DNA of 64,000 nucleotides from Schizochytrium sp. TIO01 (taxonomy: Eukaryota > Protista > Bigyra: Labyrinthulomycetes), in the NCBI GenBank assembly GCA_004764695.1, contig SMSO01000007.1, forward strand, positions 1,929,270 to 1,993,269, written 5' to 3'. The position numbers were made by a program, and so were the translations under genes. Of the stretch, positions 53,056-64,000 are shown piece after piece; the stretch's first letter is position 1; every line of letters begins with the position of its first letter. The notes under the pieces are model-generated. The model was given only the letters and a program-made list of their open reading frames with translations, was not told where the DNA came from and did no database searches.

Positions 53056-55559
53056 TCCCCCCTAATGCACGTATTATCACACACAGCTCATGCGCTCTCG
53101 CTTTCGATGTGTGTCTGAGCTAGCTAGCTAACGATGTTTTCGATTTGCACGGGAGAACCTACCTACGATGAACGGTAAGCGCTTCAATTTCGTGCAACGA
53201 AGTCCTCTTTTCGCTGCCACCCTCCTTAACCCCGCAACACGGCGTCAGAACAGAGTTCAAAAGGTGATATGCGACGACTTGCAGGTTTGCAGTGGGCACT
53301 AGAATGCTCTTTAGTTTGCCGCTTTGATATCACCTATTTCTCTTTGCTCATTAAACTGATTTTCGTTCATGCTTTGTCATGAAAAATCGTACAAAAAACC
53401 AATTCAATTCAAGTATAAATTACCAATTACCTCAAACTATAGGACCTATACCAGGTGTTTCCAAGAGGGAAAACTAGTTTTTCTATTTTTTTTTGTTTTT
53501 TTCTTTCTACTTTTTTAGAACTACTACAAAATAGAATCCCAGGTATCTAATTGATTGCATGTGGGCACACCCGGCCTAGCTCATCGCATTCCTTGATCCA
53601 TGATCTATAAAGTGAGCCCCTTGCGAAGATCGTTCAATTCGCAACCAATGTCAACGCCATGTCTTATTATATTGATTGAGATAGATAACTTCAGAGTTTT
53701 ACTTTCTTTCATTCTAACGAATAAACTGAAAATACATTTAGTCACAATAACCTTCAAGCAACTAACTAATGATCATGGATTACAATTCTTACGGGCTCTG
53801 GGATCTTGGCGACAACCACTACCTACGCTCCAAGTTGTCAAGTTATCGGAGCCCCCTCCAGACAGTTCGCATCGACGTTGGATCTCCAGAGCGAAACGCG
53901 CTGCAGCCTGCGTTTTCCTGTCTGTGCTTCGCGCGCTCCTCGAGGGTATCAGCTGAAAGTTGCACAATTGAGGTGTTCGTTCGCCAGATGCCACAGCGAG
54001 TCACTTCTTGGTAAGGGACACGCTACAAGTACAAGCTCATGGAGCACAGCACGTGAGCAGGGCGGGCGCTTTTGGCGCCTCCCACCATGGGAGAGTATAC
54101 CGACCGTGCCTACCGATCGACTCTTTCGATCGAGACAAGAAAGATGCAGGTAATTCTTTGATCAAGATCTATATTTATATTAATTAAATGCACAGCGTGA
54201 AGAGGTGTGCAATTTGCGTCATAGCGAAACGAGATCGCCGACTTTCATTTGCAGGATTGTCTCAGGGCACGAAATCGAAATAGCTTTCTCTAAAGTGCAT
54301 CTTTAGGTGTCGCTGCAGAGGCCGCTCAGTTCTATTCGTGGTGTTTCCGGAGGCTTCGTTTCTTCGGTCCACGACTCGGTCGGTGCCTGGAGGTATAGAT
54401 AGATACAAACATCACTCAGCCTGACTCGTTCGACTCATTCCTTTTCACAGTCAATCTTTCAAGATGCGTGGTCTAGGAAAGCCTCACTGCATCGGCCATC
54501 AAGGCCCCCGATGTTCAGATCACGCCTCTGTTGCACGCCAGCCAGCAAATGTCTGAAGTGCTTCATGATTCATGAGATAGATGCTCATACGGCTTGCTAT
54601 AAATCAACTTCCATGCACTCTATTGATGGCCAATCATGCCTGATCGAAGCCCAACGTACTGATCAACTCGGGCGAAAAGCTCAAAGACTTCGTCACGTGC
54701 CTTGCCGAACCCAGTCGGTAGGTGCGGTGCTATCTCAAGAGCTACGTGGAGTCTGCACAACTTGCCTGAGTTCTGGTTTTTGGCCAACGAAGAGCATTTG
54801 CGCGAGCAGACAGTCTTTGGTGCCTCCCAAAGTACTCCCAAAAGCACTTAAAGGAGGACGGCCTTCTCCGCTTCTTCGAGGAGCTCATCGAGTGTGCCAT
54901 TCGACGATCGGGTTCTTTGTTGACCAGGACCTCCCTCCTCGACAGGCTCTTAAAGGAGGCTGGCTCAAGCTTCGGTTGGAGTCCGAAGTCGCCGCTGGAG
55001 CACAAGGCAAAAGACCAAACGGGACACTACGCAGGGGACAGAGGAAACGCTGCGTACCAAAACTTGGGTGAACGGCGCTTTGGGAGTATTGCAGGGAAGG
55101 CCAAGCAGGCAAATAGCAGGCAGGAGGAATGAATGAATGTATGTGAATGTATGTATTAATGTATGAATGGCTTAGCAGCAGAGATCTCGATGAGGAAAGA
55201 GAGTACCCGTGTGTCCTGACTTGAGTTTTCACCCAAGTGAGAAGATTTCTACGAATAGTCTCTGACGAGCGAGAGCAGCTGCCTGGCTTGACTTGCTTTG
55301 ACTTGCGTTATTGCTCAACTCAAGAAAGACACAGCTTTCACTATAGCAAGCGGTGAGAGCGGCTCGTTTCCGACTGAGGGTAGTCAACTATCCTTATTAA
55401 GGAACTTGCAAGAATGTCAAAAGCAGTTTATTATTTAAGGAAGTTTGAGGCGGTCTTGAAGAGAATGTTAGTAAGCGGTATAGGGAGACATTACTGCGCG
55501 CTAGGAAGCCTTTGGAATCTCCAGACAGGTTAATATAACCAAACTCTCTGACATAGTTT

Positions 55560-57200
55560 CAAGGAGACCATCATTCGCAGGAGAGGATTCTTGGACAATC
55601 GCCACGATCCTTCCTGGATTCTCGAGGCTTGAGGTCAACGATGGAAGAGCTCAAAAACTCCTCTCTTGTCGAAGAAGCTTTGGCAAGCGAAAATCGATGG
55701 GGTCTTTGAAGAATGGTAGCCAAAGTCGCAAACTGCAACCTCCGATATTTCATCAGGTCCGAATTCCGGTTGGATGGCATAATACTCTCTGCAGTTGCTG
55801 CAATAGAGCTTCTCCATGCAAAACACCATTGATTACAGCCATCGTGTTCACTCCGCAGCCGTAACTATTTTCTTGAGAACCAGACAATTTCTTGACTGAC
55901 CAATTATATTTTTCCAACTGGAGCTGGAGGAGAATGTTCTTCCTCCTTTCGTCATGACGAACGTTATCACTATTTTTGAGAGGATTATAGGAATAGAGAG
56001 CTTTTATCTACAAGAAAACAGCATCACAAAGGTCCTGAAAGGCGCATCGGATTCTCTTTCCACGTGGAGAGAACAGCACAGCGGACGATGCATTACTCTC
56101 CTTAAATTTAAGAAAGTTACTTTGCTCGAGATATTTCTTCAAAATTTTCTTCAAGGCTGCGTCCAGGTCCTCTTTAGTATTTGTGCGGGGAGAGGATGTG
56201 AAGAAAACCTTCTCATGACAGTATACTTCTCCGCTAACCAGCTTCACCTGAACATTTGTAAGTAGACATCCATAGAGAGGTTACGACAAACTCCGTGGAA
56301 GGTCCTGAGCTCGACCTTATCATTGCATGGTCAAGCAGGGGTTTCAACTGAATACCAGCCTTGGCAGATCCTTGAGTACGTATCTGAGGAAACTCTGGCG
56401 AGAAAACTGGCAAAAGATCACTCGTATGAAGCATGTCAGCCATCTTCTTGAAGGTCACTATATAGTCATCCCTAGGGTTTTTCTCAGTGGTTGACATGCT
56501 GCTGCCTCTAATAGGAGACGCATAAGAAGCATAATTCGTAAACATGTGTAAGTAGCTCCTTCTCTCTCCAGATCTTGATCGATCTGTCGCAAGAGCAATC
56601 TATTAGCGCGTAATTTTTGGAACGACGATGGGGGCACTGCCTTTGATGTCAACCCACTTTATAGTTCGATGGTGAACTGGGTTATATCAATGCAGCCAGA
56701 ATAATTGATCTTACATTTCACGAAAAATCTTTGCTGGATGTCACGTCGAGGATTTCCAGCATGAGGTTATTCCTTGTCCTAATGATTAGCATGATCCGGT
56801 CTCCACGAAGGCTACCACATCCAAGTTTTCTTATGAATTTATTGAAAACATTCACGGGAATCTCCTATCTTCATCTGGGAAACTTCAATGTGCAATCTTG
56901 TATATGAAATTTACTTCATACTTTAATGGACTTGCGACGACCATCTATGCTATGTTGGTCATACGTTTCATCCTCAATCAGGAAATCTCCAAACGCATCA
57001 AAAGGCATGCTAATATCCTCCTCTGTCATTATGATTTTCACAGGTTTAACCAGAAGGGAAGTTCTGCGAGCCATCATCTGGAGACCCAGATTGAGTAAAC
57101 TCACTCCTGAGTTCTTCGAAGAATATTGTTTGACCCCCCAATATTCTTTGATCTCTATATTGTATACAAGAAGCAGGATAACAATGTTGTGAGCTCAATG
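55560..57200 (-). pseudogene. Fragmented atypical protein-kinase-like gene
   Basis: Chain of short same-strand ORFs. One frameshift gives GVLHG(E)LYCSN, followed by EVAVCDFGY (55810-55827, 55719-55730). Confidence 0.45.
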
Positions 57201-58468
57201 TTTGCACCCCCCCGCCCTCTAGGTAAAACGACTGTGATTAAAACACAGGTTCTCTCCAATTCACAGGAAGATTGTTCATTCAAGTTCAATTCTTCCTGCT
57301 CCCACCTACTCCACCGATGAATTTTTTTTTTGCTAGGACTCTGCTATTATACATATATACAAAAGTAACAACTATCTAATTTTAAATATTCGGGGACCAT
57401 CCACTTCTGTCTCTAATATGTGTTCCTTGTTCGGCTCCATGTGACAAAACAAGGAGAAAGGCATTTCAAATGTAGACCTCTAAATCAATATACACGTTGG
57501 TTTTCATCATATTCGAGACTATGCAAAATATTTAATCCACCTCCAGCAATATTTACAGAGGCCCTGTTGCTTTCCTTCTTCTTTCCGTCATACAAAACAG
57601 GGGAGGCTACACGCATTTTTTTTTAAAGACAAGTGAGAGTGGGATACCAAAGATACTTAACTTTCAAATTGAGGAGGGGTGAAAGAAAGATTAAAAAGCG
57701 GAGAAGATAAAAAATGAGAGATATCATTGAGGATCTTAATGGACTGGGAATTGAACAAAATTGTGGCCAAAAATCAAAAGAGATGATGGTAATGTCAAAG
57801 AGAAAGCTCATCTCATATGCACGTGAAAGAGGTTTCGGTAAATGTGGTTTTAACTATTGTTCCCTCCATCGACGCAAGGGCGCGGTAAAAATTGCAGAAG
57901 AAAAAGAAAATAGTACTGGTCGAAGCCGATCGAGACAGTCAGCAAAATGGTACATGCAACAACTTCACAATGGTGATGTGAGAGAGTGCCAAAAAAAATG
58001 CAGTCAGAGCTCTGTCAACGTTACTTTGCCGTAGAGCTAGAAGGATACCTTAACCACGGGATCCTGCAGCCTCAGTGCTCAAAACATGTGGCGGAAAGCA
58101 CGGGTTCTGAAAAGAGAGAGGGATGCAGGCCCTTAAAAATTAAACACATGTCCATACAAACTGGTGTTTTACTGGGGAGTAGGGCTGGTAAAGAAAGGCT
58201 TATTCAGTATGGGAAGCTGGAACGAAGACCCAAAGGGTGACATAAAGCGAAATACAATAAAGGAGAGTAGGAGTTTGGGAATGCAGGAAACAGCACACAA
58301 ATAGAAAGAGAGCTACATGGAAGCACGTCTATGGACAAAAGACACAAAGGGTAAATGAGAGAGGATCACATGAGGAAGTCCTGAACCTTTGTCGCGTTGA
58401 CATGCAAAGGAAAAAGAAGAAGAAGAGGAAGAAGAAGAAGAAAAGGTGGAGGTAAAGATGAGGCCCAT

Positions 58469-60568
58469 CTAACAATCCTCTGCATTGTGGTGCATGTCAA
58501 TGATACGTTCCAGCGAGGCCATGGTAAAAGGCTTCGGGAGAAGTTCTTGCATGCCAGCTTCGAAGCATTTGGCTTGGTCGCGAGCCATTACACTTGCTGT
58601 CATGGCTACAATCGTGGGGGAAAAGTTTCCCAAGCCCTTGGCTCGTGCAAGAATTTGACGAGTGGCTTCGAATCCATCCATATTGGGCATGTGGCAATCC
58701 ATAAAGATAAGCTTGTAACCATTTCTTTGAAAGAGATCCAGAGCTTCGATACCGTCATGGGCAATATCACAACTGACCCCAAGCCGTTTAAGAAGACGAG
58801 AGCAAACCTGACAGTTGACAAGATTGTCGTCAACAACAAGGACCTTGGTTTGCGTAGAGCTAAGGGTAGAGCCCATGGAAGATTTCCGTTCTTGCACCAT
58901 TCCTTGCGTAGGTTGATCGCTGGAGGAGGAGTGCTTCAGTTTAGTTTTTGTAGCTTCTGTTGCAATTATAAGAGGTTGAGGAACCTTTTCGGTGACTTCA
59001 TCGGCAACAAATTCGAATCGGAATGTGGAACCTTTGCCGAGGCGACTCTCCACAGACACATCGCCACCCATGACACGAGCTAGATCGCGAGAAATAGCGA
59101 GCCCGAGGCCAGATGAAGAGAGTGGGGAAGCCAGGCGAGCATCCAAGACTTCATCAGAGCCACCAGTGCCGTTACCAGTCTTTCGGGACTTAATGGTCGC
59201 ACGTGGAGTGTCCTTGGCTTGATAGAAGGGTTCGAAAATACGAAGTTGGTCTTTCTCGCTGATGCCCATGCCAGTGTCTTGGACTTCGATGGCAATGTGG
59301 TACGAACCTGTCTCAACTTGATCTACCTGTCCTTTGTAACTCATGACTTGCGCGCGAATGGTGATTTTTCCGGACTGGGTATACTTGACTGCGTTGCCAA
59401 CGAGGTTTGAGACAACTTGGTTCAGGCGGTGCTCATCAACCAGGATGAGTTCGGGGAAATTATTGGCCAGTGGTTCACATCGGATTTCTGTTTCTTGGCG
59501 GTTGGCAACGCGTGCAAAGAGGTCAACCACTCGATCCAAACAATGTTGCTTGAGATTCACCATGGTGGGCCGCAGGTGTACTTGGTTAGATGAACACGCA
59601 GTAAGGTCCAAAACATCATTCACGACAGCGTGAAGGGTGTTGGCGCATTGTCGCAGGACTTCTGAAGTATTTGCTGCATTGTTTGTGTGAGCACTTGAAG
59701 AACGTTTCGCAGATCGGCGCTTCGAGTTTGTTGGGAATTCTTCGGGAGTATCGAGACACTCGATCATACCCAGAAGGCCTGCAAGCGGTGTGCGAATCTC
59801 ATGACTGGCCTGTGCAACAAATTGCAGTTGTTTTTGGGCCACTTCAACGTTGGCACGGTGTGTTGCAATTTGCACAGTTTCGACCTCCAGAACGAGGTAT
59901 TTCTGTTCAAATATGTGCTTTTCACGAACAGTCACATCTGTTTCGGTAATACATAGCGCATCAAGATCGAGAAGGAGCGCCTCTCCAAAGCGCTCTTGGA
60001 AAGCGGGATTTGAGAACACAACCATTACCCGGCCATACGCCATTGAGTCTCTTAGGGCTATCTTTTCGTCGTCTTCGATGTCCTCCTCTTCCTCTTCTTC
60101 CTCTTCATTTTGTACATGCTTCTTGGAGCAATGGACAGAAGATTTATCGATGGTTTTGTCGAGACTTGTGGTTGTAACATCATTGATTTCAGTCATATCT
60201 TCCGGCTGCAGAGGTCTGCATACGGCCAATCCGAGTCCCTGAACATCGCCAAACAGAGCATTGCAGACCTCTGCCACTGTATCACGTGGGATTGCCTTGT
60301 CACTCTGCTCCCTGTTCTTCATTGGTTGCTCGACCTGTGGATATTCGTTATCATCTGGGTGCTCCCGATCTGGTGAATTGCTGCTGTCTCTTGATTTATT
60401 AAAAGTGGTATCGTTCTCCTGATCAAATACTCTGTCACTGTTCGACAGCACAGATGCGGCGTGCGTCATTGTTCCAGTTTCATTCGAGCTTGCCTTCACC
60501 TTTAATTCTTCCGGTGATGTCGCATGAAGGGTCCCTAGACTCATGGCCGCCGGGTTCGCGAGCGACAT
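58469..60568 (-). CDS. Hybrid sensor histidine kinase/response regulator (HisKA-HATPase-REC), 699 aa
   Basis: H-box ASHEIRTPLAG, N-box NLVGNAVKYT, G1 VQDTGMGI, F IFEPFYQ and G2 GLGLAIS. Receiver VLVVDDN..IFMDCHMPNMDGF..AMTA..KPF. ATG at 60568, after a 5' intron acceptor near 60681. Confidence 0.95.
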   Translation of the reverse strand: MSLANPAAMSLGTLHATSPEELKVKASSNETGTMTHAASVLSNSDRVFDQENDTTFNKSRDSSNSPDREHPDDNEYPQVEQPMKNREQSDKAIPRDTVAEVCNALFGDVQGLGLAVCRPLQPEDMTEINDVTTTSLDKTIDKSSVHCSKKHVQNEEEEEEEEDIEDDEKIALRDSMAYGRVMVVFSNPAFQERFGEALLLDLDALCITETDVTVREKHIFEQKYLVLEVETVQIATHRANVEVAQKQLQFVAQASHEIRTPLAGLLGMIECLDTPEEFPTNSKRRSAKRSSSAHTNNAANTSEVLRQCANTLHAVVNDVLDLTACSSNQVHLRPTMVNLKQHCLDRVVDLFARVANRQETEIRCEPLANNFPELILVDEHRLNQVVSNLVGNAVKYTQSGKITIRAQVMSYKGQVDQVETGSYHIAIEVQDTGMGISEKDQLRIFEPFYQAKDTPRATIKSRKTGNGTGGSDEVLDARLASPLSSSGLGLAISRDLARVMGGDVSVESRLGKGSTFRFEFVADEVTEKVPQPLIIATEATKTKLKHSSSSDQPTQGMVQERKSSMGSTLSSTQTKVLVVDDNLVNCQVCSRLLKRLGVSCDIAHDGIEALDLFQRNGYKLIFMDCHMPNMDGFEATRQILARAKGLGNFSPTIVAMTASVMARDQAKCFEAGMQELLPKPFTMASLERIIDMHHNAEDC

Positions 60569-60714
60569 GGTTTTGAATTTCTCCTGTCCACGAGTCAAAG
60601 CTAAGCTGTCTGATTTTCTCCTTTCGCAAGCTTTTATCTGCCACGACGGCGGTCTCCTCCACTTCACGCGACAGGAACCACTGGGAAGAATTCAATAGAT
60701 AGCAAGAAACGCAC

Positions 60715-60875
60715 ACGAAACAAACAAGAAACAATCAATCAATCAATCAATCAATCAACCAAACAAAGAGAGAGAGAGAAAGAAAGAAAGAAACAAAGGA
60801 AGGAAGAAAGAAGCGAAACAAACAAAGAGAGAGAATGAGAATGAGAACGGGAACGAGAATGAGAATGAGAATGAA
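60715..60875. repeat. Compound (ATCA)/(GA)/(AAAG)/(GAGAAT) tract, probable 5' UTR intron of the histidine kinase gene
   Basis: On the minus strand it is T/C-rich and ends in TTCTTCCCAG, upstream of the ATG. Confidence 0.7.
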
Positions 60876-61712
60876 ATTGAAACCAGCCACTCCACTATAG
60901 ACCCGACCGCTGCTCTTGGCGCTGCTCTCCGCAGGCAACCTCGCAGTCTCCTATGCGTGTGCGTATCAACGTGTGCACGTCCGCCTCTAGCTCTTGCGTC
61001 TCCTGGCCACTGCTCGCGCCGTATGGGCCGGCGTAGTCTCCAAACGCTGCGCCGGCCGCCGGCCGCCACTAAGTTGCGGGACTGCTGATGCCGCCCAAGG
61101 ACTCGAAGGCGAGTGAATCGATTAGTTAGTGAAGTTATTACCTCCTTTCCGCCTCTCCATCCTGCCTACCCAATACTCCTAGACTGCCCTTCCACCGCTA
61201 GGAGTCACTACGCGCCCCATAAACGCAGACATAACAAGGGAGATATTTTAGAAGTGTAGCATATGTATTTGTACTTTTTTAATATTTTATATTTTGAATT
61301 CAAATTAAAAACTTTCAATTGAAAAGACAACAAAGACCCTTTTAAGTTGCTCTTTCTGTAGCAGCGATGTTTTTTCAAAATTCAAGTTTTTTTTTAAAAG
61401 TTTTTTTTATTTTCAAAAAATTATAAAAAATACATCGGAACGGAGGTAGGTAATTACATACGTAGTAGCTATTTCAAAGGACCTGGAGAGAAAGAAATGG
61501 GCTAGTCGGTCTAGCAGGTGCTAGGCGAATCTATAGGGTCTGTGTAGGCGGTCCTAGCGAGGGTGAGCGAGAGTAAAAGAGGGCGATATATACCAAGCAA
61601 GCTTCATCTTCGAAGGTCTCTAATGTCGCTGACTTGAAGGCACAAATAAGCGCAGAAAGTAAGTCTTCAGAGAAGAGAGTAGGCGTAAGCAAGCGATACT
61701 TCTTGTCTTTGC

Positions 61713-61714
<2 letters not shown>

Positions 61715-61758
<44 letters not shown>
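61715..61758. repeat. (GTAA)n microsatellite
   Basis: About 11 copies. Confidence 0.9.
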
Positions 61759-61759
<1 letters not shown>

Positions 61760-62430
61760 CTAGCCAGCAGGTTTATTAATTTGACACCTACATCTTTCTC
61801 TAATTTTCCTTCAATTACTTTGTTTCTTTGAATGGGGTTCCGAATAGCGTCTGACTACCACAAAGCTTAGCAGCGCGAAGTGGGAGTCCAGGCTTCCTTT
61901 TCCTCTTTCGCTTTCTTCCTCCTTTTCAGAGATCGCCCTGTTTCTTTATTGATATGTTGATTTGTTTGTTCGTTCGTTCGTTCGTCTGTCTGTTTGATTG
62001 TTTGCTTGCTTGCTTGCTTGCTTGCTTTCTCTTATCGCATGATAACCTTCCTTCTCAAACTGCCGTTTGCTCCCGAATTGATGGAAGAGAGGGAAGGAAG
62101 CAGAAGCAAACCAACCATCAATCAAACACACAATCAGTCACTCAGACAAACAACTAAATAAGCAAACAAACCATAGACTGCGCGATTTGTTTTGTCTTCT
62201 TCATAAAACGTGTTTCTCCACTTTTCACTTATTATTATTTTTTTTATTTTTTTTTTCCAACTAAACTTCATTTACCTATTTTCAAAAAGAAAAAGAAGAA
62301 AAGAAGAGAGTCACGAAACATACCATCAATCGAAATAGGCAGAAAGAGGGAAAGACTGAATTGAATAGCAGGGAAGAGCTTAAAGGATGTGGAAGGTCTC
62401 CTGACCTGGAGGCGCCTAGACGGCCTAAGT

Positions 62431-62580
62431 CACCCCTATGCACTCAGTTGCAGGAAGCGTTTTTGAAGCTCGCTCCTCTTTCCGTGCCTCAATCTCCTCC
62501 TCCTCCAAGTTCTTAGTTAGTTCTTCGTCCTTTGCCCGCCAAGAAAGTCCTTCCTCCAAGCTGTGGGTGGATGCCCTTCG
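62431..62580 (-). CDS. Possible short terminal exon (RRASTHSLEEGLSWRAKDEELTKNLEEEEIEARKEERASKTLPATECIG*)
   Basis: Charged open frame that follows a (TTTG)n tract and a TAG acceptor; upstream exon not identified. Confidence 0.25.
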
Positions 62581-63597
62581 CTATGTTACCAAAACAACCA
62601 ACAAAAACAAACGAACAAACAAACAAACAAACAAACAAACAAAAGGGAAACAGCCTTTGTTGGTTGGTTTTGTTGAGAAGTTTTTATGATTATATTTTCT
62701 TGTGACTTCAACATGATCCTCGGCCTGATAATAAGCAGCAAAAGCAGAGCGAGCAGCCAATCTTCGTGCTTGAGGCTGACTACCTCCCTGGCTAGTAGCT
62801 AGCTAGGTACCCAAGTCCGCTCAGCACTACGCGTAAACAGCCTAACTTCGAGTTGCTCTTCCGCTTTTTGTCCCTCGTGGGTTGATTAATCGCGTAGCAA
62901 GCACTTTTCTTATTCATTCACTCACTCATTCATTCATTCAAGCCATAAAATTGTTATGATTTCATTTTAGTAGGTACCGACCGCCACTTCTTCTCCTATC
63001 TACTGTTTGTTTATTTTTTTAAAATTAAATATAAACATAATTAATTAATTAATTAATTAAAAGAGAAGAAAGAAAGAGAGAAAGAAGGCTTTGTACTCTT
63101 CAAGTTAGTTTGTTGTTGTATGTTTCCAATGACGCCCCATTTGATGAAGAGGACTAACGAGAGAACTGCGAGGGTTCGAAGAGGCGCACGATGATGTGCA
63201 TTGATTCATTCATGCATCCATCCATTGATTCATTCCCCGACAAGCTTGATCAAGCTCGCCACTCATGATGAGCGAACGGGCAAACTCCTGCGACCGGCGT
63301 CTGGCCGGCCTCGCTCGGCCAGGTAGCAGAGCAAGTGCAGATCAATCAGCGAGAACCAACTCGAGTTAGTTCTTGTCGAAGTAGCCAGGTACGTGTTCCC
63401 AACGCTCGCTCGGGCGCTCCAGAACCCAGGCAAGAAGCCAAAGAAAGACGCCGCTTCGATCCAATACGCCAGCGATCGCGAGCTGTCGTGCACTGTCGTG
63501 AACTATCGTGAACTATCGTGGTGTCAAGCTGGCCAATCAAAGGCCAGCTCTGACCAGCACGTACTTAGGCTGCAAAATGTCTCAGTTCGTAGCTGCT

Positions 63598-63708
<111 letters not shown>

Positions 63709-63926
63709 CGGCGATCGATGAAACCGGAGCGACTCGAACCAATCTGCGGATGGATCTCCAGATCGAAGGTGGTCTTCTCCTCCGCCTCGGGTGCTCGCTC
63801 GCTCGCTCGCTCGCTCGCTTGCTTGTTTTCTCTCCGCAAAGACACAATCTCGCCAAATCTCGCGTATGCCGCCATTCTCCAGGGACCAGCGCTTGAGGTT
63901 CGTCCGTTCGTTCATTCATTCGTTCA

Positions 63927-64000
63927 CTAAAGTTCGCGATCCTCTTCGACGGCGGCGATGATGACCTCCTGCATCACCTCAAGGACAGTCATCAGCCTCC
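63927..64000 (-). CDS. 3' end of a gene extending beyond the window (...RLMTVLEVMQEVIIAAVEEDREL*)
   Basis: GC3-rich open frame ending in TAG at 63927. Confidence 0.45.
   Translation of the reverse strand, partial: RLMTVLEVMQEVIIAAVEEDREL

Noticed and set aside
54511-55232. 186-aa and overlapping ORFs
   Set aside because: No motifs, non-protein-like composition, and open frames on both strands

Overview
This is eukaryotic nuclear DNA from an intron-poor, gene-dense protist. The gene set, the long single-exon CDSs and the microsatellite-filled 5' introns best fit a stramenopile such as a thraustochytrid/labyrinthulomycete (inference, not proven). About 15 intact or near-intact genes are present: BAR-RhoGAP, SRP14, a coiled-coil protein, SART3/Prp24 (interrupted by one frameshift and one in-frame TAG), a PheT-type tRNA-binding domain fused to an M32 carboxypeptidase, a CAMK-group kinase, a GST-domain asparaginyl-tRNA synthetase, a secreted EEP-family phosphoesterase, an unknown protein, a four-domain voltage-gated channel with an E/E/E/E filter, an MFS transporter, a p300/CBP-like acetyltransferase, a NIPA-type Mg transporter, a type II membrane sulfotransferase-like protein and a hybrid histidine kinase. 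Intergenic DNA holds many simple repeats, a 17/18-bp minisatellite and several decayed coding remnants (kinase-like, Pif1-helicase-like, PIWI-like). The most notable items are two unusual translation-linked domain fusions (tRNA-binding OB fold + M32 peptidase; GST + AsnRS) and a possible decayed helicase/PIWI module at about 22-23.4 kb. I saw no rRNA, tRNA or CRISPR array. All assignments come from motif recognition by eye; no database searches were run.
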